In this document: positions 1 through 15,289 of the stretch, in pieces
Layout of the letters: each line of letters starts with the position of its first letter
Position numbering within the stretch: the first letter of the stretch is position 1
Assembly: GCF_009914755.1 (NCBI RefSeq)
Contig: NC_060932.1
Strand: one strand, 5' to 3'
Length of the DNA stretch: 64,000 nucleotides
Source of the DNA: the human T2T-CHM13v2.0 reference genome, Homo sapiens
Translations under genes and position numbers: made by a program
The notes under the pieces: generated by a model
The model's input: the letters and a program-made list of their open reading frames with translations, nothing else
What the model was told of the DNA's origin: nothing
Database searches by the model: none

Positions 1-1569
1 GCTGTTCCCCTTTAGGAAAAGAAAAATAAATGTGATAACCTAGTTTGACATGTATTTTCATACATCTTCAATGGTTAAATAAAATTATTGGGATTTACAT
101 GTGAAAACACAGCCCTCTGCTATGAATGTAAATAATCAATAGGCATGAAATCTGTAAAGGATTTGCAGATAGCTGTGAATCAAAATATCTAAAACATTCT
201 TATTTAGCAGGGAGAGAATGGTCACTCTGTATGTGACTGTCTAAAATTACTATTTTTTAGGATAGAAGGAAAATTGATCTTTAAACCCAATTTCAACCAT
301 CCACCACTCTCTGCAGTGCTTTTAAAAAATAAGAAAAATCAGACAAGAAATATGACATTTTATAACTGTTATTAGGTATTGTATTCTCTTCGTGGAAGCT
401 GGGTAGCCCTAGAACACTGTCAGCTGCTTCTCCTTCCTTATGTAGTCACTCAGTCAGAGGAGCCTCCTCATGCTGGAGGCTGACAGGCCCAGGGAGAACT
501 GTTGGAGCATAATTGTTTCTCCATTTGCACTGGCCCAAGAGGCACAGTTTGGCATCTGTTCAGAGAGCAGGAATCAGGGCAAAGCTGAGTCTCAAACCTG
601 AATATGCAGCTCTTCACGCTCCACAGTCACATTGGACATATTACAGGGCAGCAGCTACTCTCCACGGGATCTGGGATGTCCCAGAGCCAGCTCCCTGCGG
701 AGTATAAGATACACACCAGGAGGCCCGACTGCATGCACGGCTGTACCTGCACAGGTAGTGCTCACTGTACTTCCAGAGAGTTTCCAGTTTACAGGTCGTT
801 ATGGTTTTCCAATCCCAATCCCTTATCCTCACTAGGAGAGAGGCGGAGAGGGGAGAGGGACGTTGAGAGGGGGAGAGGAGGGCAGGCAGGAAGGAAAGTG
901 GGATGGGGAGAAGGAGGGAGGGAGACCCCACTCGACCGCGGAGATGGACCATGGCATTTCTGTTAGTGTCCACATGGAGGGTGCTGCTCTCTACCTGTTT
1001 AGTGAGGGTGCCAAAGATGCTGAGGAAGATGTGGTCCGAGGCCTGTCAGTTGTATCTTCCAGCAAAATCTCACTCATTCGTTTCACCTCATTTCTACTGT
1101 GCTACCCTGGCCGGACCATGTGCACTCCCACCCAGACCCCTGTGGATAGCCCACAGCTTCATCCTCACCCGTGCCCTCTTCCTTCCCTTCTCCTTGGAGC
1201 AGTCCTAGAGCCGCTTAGACTCTAATCTAAACTACTTCAGTGTTCCCCTTGGCACTCATTAAAATTAAACAAGATTCCTGAGCAAGTTCCAAGGCCTTTG
1301 TGTCACAGCCTTCTCCTCATTAGTCACTGCTCTGCAACCACGCTGCGCTCCTCTCTGTTCTGAAAATGTTCCCATTTCTCTCCCACCTCCAGGCCTTTGC
1401 ACCTGCTATTAACCTCTCCAGAATATTCTCGTCCCCTCACTCTTAGCCTGTCTAGTTCTTACTCGTCCTGCAGAATTCAGTTTAACCTCCTCAGAGTATC
1501 CGGTCCTAACTGCTCGTTCACATTCTTATTTCCACATTAGTATTTCCTCAAGGTGTCCTGAACTTCAGC

Positions 1570-1700
1570 CCCTGATCTCAGGCAATTTTCTTATCGTTGT
1601 TAAGCCTCAATTTGCCCATGAATACTGAGGGATAATAATAGTGCTAATTCATAGGATTGTAGAGATTAAATGAGAGAGTACACACAAAGGATTCGGCAGA
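1570..1700 (+). mobile_element. MIR SINE fragment
   Basis: MIR-core-like sequence: aagcctcaatttgcccat...ggataataatagtgc...cataggattgtagagattaaatgaga. Confidence 0.65.
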
Positions 1701-4167
1701 CCCTTGGCCCATTGCATAGGGCTTCTTAGGCTTGATCTTGCAGAAATCTACCAGGGAATCTTATGGAAAAGCAAATTCTCACTGAGTAGGTCTCAGGTGG
1801 GGCCTGAGTTTTAGAACAGGGAAATAACAGGTGAAGAATTTGAGGCATGTGAAAACGGGAAAAATAGTTCAAATTTGAGCTCATGAACCCTGAATTAAGG
1901 GGTGTGTGTTAGAAAGGAAGTGCAAGAAACATCGTGAAGAGAGAATGGTCAGGTCTTTTGACAGACAGAGCATGGACCAAAAGAGACCGAAGCTTGAGTC
2001 CATTTGACTGAGAGAGAACCTGGTGACAATAAAATCAAGCAGGTCAGCAGGAGCAGCCACTTAGGGGGAGAGCATTTTAGACATTTTAAGCCTGAAATGG
2101 TGGAGGACAATCAAGTTAAAAAGTCTTGAGACTGCAGAAACAAAGACAGCTTAAGATAAGTCACCCAGAATTTCAGACCTCCATGTCTGTCTAAATGACG
2201 CCAGCAAAGGTAGAAGGTTCATGGTCAGAGTTACCCCATCTGGACTTTTCAATGACCCCAAGAACCTGTAAAATGAGCAGTCAGTTTTAGTTTTGTGATT
2301 GTCATATTATGAATAGTTTATTTTGGTTGCACAGACCCAGCCTCCCATGATAGGCAGAGAAAATACCAGTTCATGTACAGACAACTGTCCACAGCCTTCC
2401 TCAGCAATACAGCCTTGCTGTATCAGAGCTCCCTGGGGTCAAAGGGTGTGCTCCCCAGAGCAGCCCAGAACACCATGTAGAATCACGGCACATAGCGGAT
2501 GCTCTCAATGAGGGTGTATAAACCACAGCCCAGGCTAAGTACAGCACAGTCACCTGGCTGCACAGGGGAAACATTGTGCGGAAATAATGCTTCCTTGTAG
2601 AGGAACCATCTAAGTAAAACAAACAAACAAATATCTGGCCTTCACTAGATGAATTGTTTGAGTGCCAATCCACCAACCTAAATGTTTCCACTTTTTCCAG
2701 AAGGCTTTAGTTCTTTGTTTCCCATTGCTACCTTATCACTAATGGAAAATCTCATCCTACACCCTAAGTGTATTTAGCTGGGGTGTGCTGAGTGAGTTAC
2801 CAACAAATGCCGTCCCACAGGCCATGTGCCCAGGAAAGCTTTACTGAACAAAAACGAAAAACACCGACTTCTCATTCCTTCATATTCTAGAAGAATATGA
2901 AAAAAACTCCTTTTGCCAACAGTTTATCCTGAATACTTCGTGAAAGGAAAAGGGAAACAGGGAGCTGGAAGGGGTTTCTAATTATTCCTCTCCTGTCTTG
3001 CATCCTATGAGGCTCCACAGGAAGTCAGAAGTAAAGTTGTCCTCAAATATCCGGCAAACACTGTTACCTGCTAACTAGGGTAACCAAGAAATACCTGAAT
3101 TGTGAAAAACACCTCATTTGTCCTCTCCTGTTGAGCACTCTTGAGACCTAACACTGGCTTGCAACTTGCCCCACCTCATCGCGAAGCAGGTGGAGACAGG
3201 TCCCAGCCTGTCTCCAGCCGCATTTAAATGACCTGGGTTAGAGAAAATCCCAGTCACCCCTGTGCCCAACGCCTTCCTCCTTTGCCCCGTACCACTGTCT
3301 TCTAATGTGCTTGCCCCTACCTCTGGATTCTGCAGAGGGGGAAGAGTGCAGGCGAGAGTGCCAGTCTGTGAGGGGTCTAGGCTCCAAGTCCCTCTGGATC
3401 TGCCTACTCTGCAGTTGCTATTATCGTAGTTAATTAAAACATTTATTGAAAGCTTGTTTGTGCATGATGGTGTGTGAAGCTCTGTGCAACATTTGTACTA
3501 AAGAAGTTCACTTTTTACTAAAAGTTTATAATGTGACGCTATAAACAACACGACAGAACATATTTAGAAACACCCATTTATCTGGGTGCATTCCAGACTG
3601 AGTGGTGCCATTTTGTAGAAGGATCAATAATTTGGTTTAATTAGGTTAATTAGTTTAAAATGAGAGGGGGGCTTACAGCACTTCCAGCTCACCTGCTCCG
3701 GGAAGGGGCCAGGCAGCCTCTGCCTGAGCAGCCGTGTGTCCATTGTCAGACAGTTCTGATGGACTGAATCACACAGTTCCGATCGGACAGTTCTGACGTC
3801 CTTAATGGTACTGGAAGGAGCAGGAAGGCAGCATCAAGGACATCTGGTCCCCTCCTCTATCTGACGCGCGAGTCTTTGCTCAAATCCAACTTTGCCCAGC
3901 ACATTCCACCCCCGGGCCCACCGCCTCAGCTGGAAGGATGCTCATCATCGCGAGACTCCTACGGGATGAGCCCTCCTCTCCAGCTCTGCTCAGGCCACGC
4001 CCTGCTCCTTCTGTAGCGTGTTCTCCCCGATGCCCCTCAGGACACTGAATATTCATGCCAAGCAGGTTGCTTTTAGTCCCCAGGCAGGGTTGTCTGAAGT
4101 TGAGCTATGCATTCTGCCAGAGTCAAGCTGGTGTCTGAAACTGTTTTTCTCAATGTCCTTCTTATTG

Positions 4168-4507
4168 TTCGTTTGGTTGGCTGGGTTTTTGTTTTGTTTT
4201 GTTTTGTTTTGTTGGGTATTTTTTTGTTTTCTGAGACAGAGTCTTGCTCTGTTGCTTAGGCTGGAATGCAGTGGTGTGATCTTGGCTCACTGCAACCTCT
4301 GCCTCCCGAATTCAATCAATTCTCCTGCCTCAGCCTCCTGAGTAGCTGGAATTACAGGCCCCCGCCACCACGCCCGACTAATTTTGTATTTTTAGTAGAG
4401 ATGGGATTTCTCCATGTTGGCCAGGCTGGTTTCCTGACCTCTGGTAATCTGCCCACCTCGGCCACCCAAAGTGCTGGGATTACAGGCGTGAGCCACCACA
4501 CCCGACC
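4168..4507 (-). mobile_element. Alu (AluS-type), tail degenerated to (GTTTT)n
   Basis: Antisense Alu body gagacagagtcttgctctgtt...gtgagccaccacacccgacc; imperfect TSD tgtccttcttattg / tgtcctttttattg. Confidence 0.95.
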
Positions 4508-4589
4508 AATTTGTCCTTTTTATTGTAAACTTAGGTTTGCATTACATAATTTAGTTAGGTTAATTAGTTTAACTTAGTTTAATTAGTAT

Positions 4590-4680
4590 TATTAATAGAT
4601 AAACTGATGAAATATAGTGTGAAAGAGAGTTGTTTCTATGAAATTTATGTTGACAGCTTTTGAAAACTTGGGTAGGACCA
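4590..4680 (+). mobile_element. TcMar-Tigger DNA transposon fragment (degenerate transposase N-terminus)
   Basis: aagagagttgtttctatgaaa...ttgacagcttttgaaaacttgggt reads KRVVSMK..LTAFENLG across a frameshift, similar to Tigger/CENP-B-like N-terminal helix-turn-helix starts. Confidence 0.4.
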
Positions 4681-4946
4681 GGGCAAAGTGGTGTGTTTAA
4701 TCCAGTTGCATCACAGCCTCAGGACCCCTGGGAGGACCTTTTGGCTGCCCTGGGATGTGGAGCATGAGGCTGCAGCCGGCTCCACTCTTCCGCAGCCTGC
4801 TGTGCGCGCTGGCTGCCGCTGGCCCTTCACGCACGACGTTCACTAGGGTGGCACGCACAGTCTTCCAGTGGGTCCAAACCACTGAGCTTTGTTGTAGTAT
4901 GGCAGATCATTAGCTGCTGGATTTTGCTTTTTGTGATGATGTATCA

Positions 4947-5372
<426 letters not shown>

Positions 5373-5759
5373 TCATGAAATCAGGAGATTCGTAACTGAA
5401 GGAAGAAGCTCTTATCTGTAGGGCTAGAGGACTGAAGGAAGAGGGCTCAGACCTCTAGGGAAGGGTACTGCCTGAGGAGTGCTGGGTGACAGAAGGGGTG
5501 CAACCTCGCAGCTGTGGGGACAGCCATGGAGCCAGCCAGGCAGCGAGGGAGTGGGGCGCACCTGGAACATTCCGGCTGCGGAGGGCACAGGCCGGCTGCT
5601 GCTGCCTCCCCTGGGCTGGGACGAGGCTGGGGCCAGGAATGCCAAAAGCAGCGGCTGGCTGGAGACAGGCGCTGTGGAGGCCCAGTGATAATAGGATGCT
5701 GATATGCAGAGGAAACCAGAAAGTCTCTTCTCCTCTCCTCCTACCTTCCAACCTCCCAC

Positions 5760-5778
5760 CAGTGCCACCTATTGGCAG
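5760..5778 (-). promoter_or_regulatory. Candidate CTCF binding site
   Basis: Minus strand reads ctgCCAATAGGTGGCACtg, matching CCASYAGRKGGCRS at 13 of 14 positions; lies in a CpG-retaining region; motif evidence only. Confidence 0.5.
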
Positions 5779-6599
5779 AACCCACCGGGCAGCCAGCCAG
5801 TCAGGGAGTCCAGAACAGGGTCTGCAGAGTCCCCCCTTTCGGGTGGAGGGAGCTGGCACACACTTCCCATTCTGTTTTGTGACTTGCGTCTGCTCCCAGC
5901 TGAGAAACTTGATAACGAAGCTTGTTAAAGCTATTTCTGAGTAACAGTTGGAGGTGAAGGCCTGAAAGGCTATGGTATGAGACAAAAGCAGGCGCTCTAG
6001 ATCATGGAGGTTGTGTCATGAAAACGCCCAGGCAGCCGAGTCTGGCAACTGACATGTCCTTCCTTAAATGCGTGACCACAGACCTCACGTGGCCACTCAA
6101 CCTTGTCCAGCAAGCCTACCTTATGTCCCCCTTGAAATTCCGTTTCCTGCTCCAAAATGAACTGCTTCCTACTTTCTCTGGTGGCCTCATATTCCAATGG
6201 TCTGACTCCAGTATTCTTAACCTGATTTCAGTAAGAAAATAGAGGCAATAAAACAAGAGCTATTTTATTTTCTCACCCATATGTCCTGCCTTTCCTCTGA
6301 GAATATGCTGGCTCCCAGCTAAAGTCCTTCTCTTCTACCCTGGAGTCCACTACCACCTGCTCAATCACCCTGTTCTTGGAATTACCCTCTCTCTCCCTAT
6401 TCTGCATTATCAGTTTTTCCTCACTCCTGCATCACTGCCATCATCACACAAACAAACATGCTGTAATCAAGAAAACATGGACCCACGCCACCACCCACTA
6501 CCACATTACTTTCTTGCTCTTCACAAACTGCTTGAAAAATTCATCTTATCCTCTGTCTCCTCTTCCTCACTTCCTATCCTCTGTTTTTGTTTCCTAATT

Positions 6600-7290
6600 T
6601 TTAAACATTGTTTTCAAGTGTAACATAGATACAGAAAAGTACACAGTTGTGAGAAACTACTCCCAAGGTCAAAGGAAGAGCGTTTTCAGCATCACAGAAG
6701 CCCTGCTCTTACCCCCTCCTTCCCTGTGTGCCCACCGTTCTACATGTGATCACTATTTGAAAAAATTAGTTTTGCAAGTTTTTGACCTTTATATAAATAG
6801 AAACATACATTATTGTGTGTGTGTGTGTGTGTGTTTCTGGATTCTTTCATTCAGTGTTGTGCTTGTGAGATATGATTCCACGTAACTGTAACCCATTCAT
6901 TTCATTGCTCTACAATAATTTATTGTAAGAATAAATCTCTGTCCATTTTGTGGTTGTTGATGTACACTGGTTTGTTTTCAGCTTAGGAGTAATATGGTTA
7001 ATGTTACTATTGAATATTTTTAATGTGTCTTTAATACATGTGCACACCTATTACTTCTGGGTTCATACCTAAGAGTGAAATTGCTGAGTCATGGGGTACA
7101 GACAGACACACTGAATGTGAGTAGATGATGCCAAAGAGTTTTCCAAAGTGCTGGGACCAATTTATATTCCTACCAGCAGTGTGTGTCTTGAGATTGCTCC
7201 AAATCCACTCCAAAACGTGGCATTTTGAGTCCTCTGAATTTTACCCATGGGTTAGTATCTCAACGTGACTTTAATTTGCATCTCCTGATA
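6600..7290 (-). mobile_element. Ancient L1M (L1ME-like) 3' fragment
   Basis: Antisense L1 3' motifs atacctaagagtgaaattgctgagtcatggg and ttttccaaagtg...tttatattcctaccagcagtg. Confidence 0.65.
6814..6833. repeat. (TG)n microsatellite
   Basis: Run of about 10 TG units read directly. Confidence 0.9.
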
Positions 7291-7309
7291 ATAATCAAAC
7301 TGAAAAGTA

Positions 7310-8360
<1,051 letters not shown>

Positions 8361-8661
8361 GATTTTTACCATCTTCAGAAGCTACTTCAGTTTGTATTGG
8401 CTTTTCAGTTGGACTAGCCAATACAGACTGCTCACAAGTTCCTGTGGAATGTCACAGTGTTATTTTACATAAAGGAAAGGACACAATATAAGTTCCCCTC
8501 CTTCAAATGCTGTATTTGTAAAACTTTTACATATTTGGAATTTTTAAAATATTTACTTTTATTCCCTATTACACATATTATTAAAGATAAAATAGAAAAC
8601 CCAAGTATGCATGAAGGAGAAGGTATAAATCACCTTCCTGCCACTCAGAAATGAAAATCTT

Positions 8662-8912
8662 GGCTGGTTATGGTGGCTCACACCTATAATCCTAGCACTT
8701 TGGGAGTCCAAGGCAGGAGGATTGCTTGAGGCCAGGAGTTTGAGACCAGCCTGAGCAACACAGCAAGACCCCATCTCTACAAAAGAGAAAAGAAATTAGC
8801 CAGGTGTGGTGGTGCATTCATGTAGTCCCAGTTACTTGAGAGGCTAAGGTGGGAGGATCCCTTGAAGCTGCAGTGAGCTGAGAGCATGCCACTGCACTCC
8901 AGCCTAGGGCAC
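8662..8912 (+). mobile_element. Alu (AluJ-type, internally deleted right arm)
   Basis: ggctggttatggtggctcacacc...gaggattgcttgaggccaggagtttgag (J-like); TSD aaaatctt before the element and after the GA-rich tract (~9184-9191). Confidence 0.9.
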
Positions 8913-8924
8913 AAGCATGATGCT

Positions 8925-9180
8925 GAGAAAGGAAAGGGAAGGGAAGGGAAGGGGAGGGGAGGGGAGGGGAGGGGAGGGGAGGGGAGGGGAGGGAAAGGAA
9001 GGGAAGGGAAAGGAAGGGAAGGGAAGGGAAAGGAGGAACGGGAGGGAAAGGGAGAGGAGGGGAGGACAGAGAGAGAGAAAGAAAAGAAAAGAAAGAAAAG
9101 GGAAGGAGAGGGAAGGAAGGAGAAAGAGAGAGAGAAAGAAAGGGAAGGAAGGGAGGGAGGGAGGGAGGGAGGGAAAGAGA
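8925..9180. repeat. Purine-rich (GGGAA)n/(GGGGA)n/(GA)n low-complexity tract in place of the Alu tail
   Basis: About 255 bp of almost only G and A; lies inside the TSD of the preceding Alu. Confidence 0.9.
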
Positions 9181-9498
9181 ATAAAAATCTTGCCCCTAAG
9201 AAATAATTAAGAATTATATTTTGTTGCTTATCTGTGTAAACTTATTTAATGTTTTAATATATATTACATTAAAATAGAATCAATATTGGATACCAGTTTG
9301 TGTCCTTTTTTAATAATACATCACAAACATATATTCATAATAATATATATAGTTCTTCATTTTTAATGACCACATAACATACCAATATATGGATTATCCT
9401 TTTCTTTTTGAGTCATTTTCTACTTCTGAAACCATAAGTTATTATATATATTTGCTATAATAAATAATGCTATGATAAACACTTTAAGAACTAAATCT

Positions 9499-9676
9499 CA
9501 GCTAGCTTCAGTGGCACACGTCTGCAGTCCCAGCTACTCAGGAGGCTGAGGCAGGAGGATTACTTGAGCCACAGAGTTCAAGGCTACAGTGAGCTATGAT
9601 TGTACCAGTGTACTCCAGTCTGGGTGAAAGAGCGAGACCCCCATCTGTAGGAAAAACAACAACAACAACAACAACA
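9499..9676 (+). mobile_element. Alu monomer (FAM/FRAM-like) with (AAC)n tail
   Basis: gtcccagctactcaggaggctgaggcaggagg...gagttcaaggctacagtgagctatgat; flanked by the direct repeat actaaatct. Confidence 0.85.
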
Positions 9677-12365
9677 CTAAATCTTTGCAGCAAGCCTTAA
9701 TTATTTCTTAAAAATAAATAGCTAAAAGTGGAACTGCTGGATTCAAAGGCAAGCAGGCTTTCAAAGTTTTTTATTATATAATGTCAAATTGGTCATTTTG
9801 ATGACTATGAAGAGCTCTGTAACATCTCAAGTTTCTGACACAAATGCTCAGGAAGTCAGTGAGGTCAATAAAGGTGACAAAGGCTGAGAATGGGGCAAAT
9901 CCGTTGAGATTTAGGAAAGAGCTCTTAATAGTGCCCCATCTGAATGTAAAGGGCATAATTCTCAGAAGTGTTCTAATTTCTTCCCTTGTTACTTTATTGT
10001 ATCCACCTTCATAATAAGCTTTATTAAATCTATTAAGTAGCAGTAGTTCATTAGTAATGAAACAAAATTGTAAGAGCAGCTTCATCTTCATCAGAGACTT
10101 GATTTGAACCAAAATTATAAGGAGAGTAGACATAAGCTCCTCAAAACACTTCCCAAAAGTCTGACCAATGAGAAGTTGTGAAGAGCCAAACTTATAAAAA
10201 TTAGGAGCAGCAGCCCCTACATAGGAGAGTTGTGATTTTTTTCTTTGTCTTTCTAAATATATTACATTTATCCAATAGCACTTAGTGCTAAGCCCTCAGG
10301 GTATAAAAGAAAGATGACAGCTCCTCCCTGCCAGGAGCTGGAAAATTCCGTCGAGATGCAAAAACAAGCGTGGCAGCATGATGGGGGCAGCACTCCAGGG
10401 CACTTGCACATTCCTTCCCAACACAGTGGAACCACCATACTCAGCACAGAGCAGGCGATCCTGGGTGTTTGTTGAATAGAAGCAAGAATGGACGCCTGGT
10501 ATGTGACAAAGCCCTATGCTAGGCAAGACAGATACAAAGACACAGCCCCCTGCTCTCCAAAATTTCAGTCTAATGGAAAAGAGAGACCAAAACCTTATTA
10601 GAAGTCAATGTGCTGTGTCCTAGTGGTGGTCACTTTGAGGTCCTTTGGTGACACAGAGCAATCTCGTATGCAAAATGGTACAAGGGAAGTAGCAATGCCA
10701 TGCTATTGATGTTTGAAGGAGGAGGACATCAGGGAGTGTAGAATCAGGAAAGTTTTTGTGAAAATAGTGGCTTTGAGCTGGGCCACAAATTATGCCCAAT
10801 ACTTTGTCAGGAAAAATGATATTCTGTAAGGAAAAGATAGCAATGTGAACAAAACCAGACTGGGGATGCCATATGTGCCCGTGTCTGTGCAGCAATGCTG
10901 GTGATCAGTCTCCACAAAGCAATGGAATTGCTGATGTTATTGGCAGCACGTAATTAGATTTATTCCCAACACTTGAAAGAGGTGTTGGGTATCAGAGTAA
11001 ATCCTTGCATATATACTTTTAAAGTACCACAACCTATTTTCCTGTATTTCTGACTTTTGAGTCTGTCTTTGCATTGTTCAATACTTGGGATACTTGGGAA
11101 TATCAGTAAATAGATCAATAAAATAGTAAACCACTAGTCTGCTTAATCAATACATTTATGGAGTTCAATTTTAAAGACTCATCACCAACAACTTCATAAG
11201 GAAAGAATCACAAAACTCACTGGTGTGTTGGCCATATGGCTCCACTTTATTTAAAAGTACTGGCAGAATAAATGATGGTTGTCGTGGAGGTAATGATATT
11301 ATTGATCTCTTTATTTCACATTCAGTAGTCTCTTGAGTCATGGTACCACCCCAAGTTATACTTAGAAGAACAGAAAGAAGTTTCTTCTACTTATCATTGA
11401 TTCAAGTGCTTGAAATCAGCTCTATGGTATATCAACCCCCAGCACAGCTGTGAATAGCTTTGAAGTTGAATCATTTTGAACATAATATGAAATAAGGGGC
11501 CTGACTATTTTTAGGTTCTACTTAATTATCTCCAATAATCAAGCACAAATCTTGGTATTTTTCCACTCAGTATTTCTCCTCTCTCCTGCCTCTCCTTCCC
11601 TCTGAGGTGTGGTGAGCACACAGACATGTTCAGGCACAGGGAGAGGAGCGGGGTCATGGATGTGGTGGACAGTGTAATTAGTCACGTGCTATGGCTATGG
11701 GAAGAGGAGAGCTGGAGGAAAGATCTAGAGCAGTCAGTTCAATCCTGTTTGGAACAAAGAAGCATCAATAAGGAGCTGTCTGCAAGGAATGGTGCCCCAA
11801 ACACTGGCTGCTTGTTGGCCTTTCCTGTGGTGTCTTCATTTGCCAACCTCTAACCTCCCCAAATTTCAGTAATGTGTTAGCACTTCACACCTTAGAGGAA
11901 ACAGAAGCCCACATTTATCTGCCATTCACCTGACCTTTAGCCAGTGTGGGAACTTAGAGCTGACGTTTGCTTTGACTGAATATCAACACACTGTAATTAT
12001 TATTTCTAAACACTAAAAATAACCATGTGAATGGTAATCAGAATGCTTGCTGAGCAAGGACAAAAGGAAAGACGGGTAAGGTCAACTTAATAAAAAATTC
12101 AAAAGTGTTTTACTATGGTACTTTCCCAGATAGCTTTTTTTTTTTTTTTTCTAGAAAGCCACAGACAGTTATAGGATCAGGATTTTGTGGCCCAATTTGG
12201 ATTGGGTAGGTGGGTGGGTAAGGGAAGCTCCCACAACCTCTTAAATAGTTTTCACATCATGATGTGTATATTCTAGGGTATAAATATATTTTGCATTTAT
12301 TCAGCAGATTGCTATTAGACTGATTTTAAAAGTATTCCTCAGAGAGGTAAGCTAATATTTTCTTG

Positions 12366-12376
12366 ATGACTCAGCA
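12366..12376 (+). promoter_or_regulatory. Consensus ARE/MARE (NRF2/NFE2/BACH-sMAF) motif
   Basis: ATGACTCAGCA exact match; motif evidence only. Confidence 0.3.
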
Positions 12377-12756
12377 GAACTTAAAAACCAGGATCACTTC
12401 CTACTGAGGGATTTTAAAACAGCTTTTTTCCCCCCAGGGTACTGCTCATACACAGGAGGGTATATGTGTGGAATAGAGACAGCCCTGCAAACTGTCAGAG
12501 CAGATGCAAGGGGGTTGGGAAGGAGAAGCTGATTCAATTGGTATGTAAACGTTTGTTAGGATAAAATCACATGGAGATTCACTCTTCAAAGCTCACAATG
12601 AGCCCTGATTGCAGAAGGACAGGGCCTGCTGAGCTCTGCCTGGCTAAGGTTTTGTCAGCACTTTCATTGTGATCTTAAATTTCCACAGCTCATAACTCAG
12701 CTGTAGAAAAAGTCTCAGAGACTACAAGACTAACAAGACTCGAAAACTACAAAAAC

Positions 12757-13201
<445 letters not shown>

Positions 13202-15289
13202 TTATCTAAAACATTGAGTTAAAATTCATATTTTAAAAAATCTAAAATATATCCTCTATGATGTCAATGGAAAACAGGTATTTTTAACAAAGACTTTTGG
13301 AATAAATGGTAGAATAAGTAATTGCAAAACACTTTGTCACATCTTTTTAAAGAAATCAACACAGAAAAGCTGTTACAAAAACTATGTGAAGTAAGTTTTA
13401 TTTTTTTTTTTAATGTTTTGTGAACACAGGAGATCTCTCTTTCAAATTCAGTTTGGCCAGGAAGTTTGATAGCAAAGGGAGTGAGTATTGAACCTTTCAG
13501 AATGAGTGCAGTGATTTCAAGTGTACAAATGCTTGGAGGGGAGATCAGATAAGAGCAGGTCAGGAAGTCGGAGAAGTGCGAGGTCTCTTACTCAGGCCAA
13601 GTGCGGTAGCACAGCCAAACCAGGAACAGGAGGGAATGATGTGAACTTGATCCTGAAACCCAAGGGTCCTGAAAAATCACTCCTTGTTCTCATCCAGCTA
13701 CACACCTCCCAAAGACAGGCTGCAGTGTCTTCATCAAGACCTGAAGGAAATCTTCATTATTTAGTGTATATTACAAAATATAATAATGTATCACATTATT
13801 ACGATAAACATGCAGTGGGCACCTATCCATGGCAGGCGCTGACTTGAATACTAGAAAGTGAGCATGACTAACACCATTCACCCTTGAAGGGCTTACAGCC
13901 TCATAAGGGGGAGCAGCATATGAATAAGTGCTTAAGTGGTCCTGGGTAGGCCCAGAGGTCAGTGGACACCCAAAGAGAGAAGTGACCGGTTCCACCTGGA
14001 GAGAGTGAGAGAGGATTTGCACACACTGTACCTCAAGCTGAGTTGATAGTTGAAGCAGGGAAAAATAGAAGAGACAACCTAGGGAGAGCTCATTGGAGAA
14101 GGCCAAGCGCAGAACTGGTAAAGTGAACCACCATTTAAGGGCCATAGTGGAGAAAGAGCCAGAGAAGAAAATAAGAGAGAGGTGGGTGTATTGGAATCAT
14201 GTCTATTCCTTAACAGTCCTGCAACAGGAAGAGCATGGGGATGGGGAGTTTCCAAAGAAATGCCCTTGAGGGACCTGTGGAGATGAGAGCTGAAAAGAGC
14301 CTGATGGGTCTGACAATTCAGAGACCACAGGGGCACACAGCAGAACACATCAGTGCGAAGTTTAGGAAATAAATGAAGAATGCAAATTAGAGGAGAGGGC
14401 ATCGTGGTAGCAAGGGTAGAATTTCTAGACTATAAAGGAAAGAATAAAACTAGTGAAGTGGCCCAGAGCACACGTTTTAGGACAGAGACATAAACCGAAT
14501 GTGACTGTGGTGATGGAGCTGTGAAAAGCTGGTCATGGGAGATGCAGCAGGAGCACTTTTCCTGCCTCTTCCAGCAGTTTGCAGTAACAAGGGTGATGCC
14601 CCCAGCAACCAGCAATGGGTGGAGCTGCAACCAGGGCCTGTGCTCCAAGTTCCATCCCACCGGGAAAGGACCTCAGTTTGGAGGAATTCCATTGCCAGTG
14701 ATCTTTGCTGTCTTCACACAGCGTGTGGCCTTGAGTGTGTGACTTCACGACACTGAGCCTTGGCTTTTCTGATTGGAAAATAATTTTAAAGATCTAAATT
14801 GCAGTGTTGTGTTAGAACAGAATAAAATAAACAATGTAAAGCACCTAAGCCATCTGACAACGGAGCGTGCACCACCTGCCCATGTCCTCCTCTGGCCTCC
14901 TCCTTGCCTGCCTCCAATGGATAAGGGGAAGAGCGCCCTCAGCCTCTGTCTAAATTTATCAGAAAAGAGTTCCCTCATTCACATTCTGTTTCTCTCCTAA
15001 ATGGATGTGGACCAATTTAAACTCGTTTCACCTAACCTTGAGGTGAAATGTTACCTCTTCCTGCCCAAGGTCTTGGTCTGGGCTGAGCTCCTTGCCCTCT
15101 AGAGCCAGAGCTGACTGCACCTGCTGGCTCCTGTCCTCTCACCCAGGCTGCCCCCAAGGCCTGAAACCTCACGAATCTTCCAGCAAACAGCACTTAGACT
15201 TTGCTCTGTCCACTCACCTATATTTTTAGCACAGAATACTTTTAGCCTTGACATTTTTGAAAATAATATTTATGAGGAAATAAGATACA

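Noticed and set aside
513-1225. Cluster of overlapping ORFs, including a possible minus-strand terminal exon KCHGPSPRSSG...ENHNDL*
   Set aside because: Driven by a purine-rich low-complexity tract; the acceptor lacks a pyrimidine tract; no recognisable protein.
8886-9210. G/R/E/K-rich ORFs
   Set aside because: Translation of the GA-rich simple repeat.
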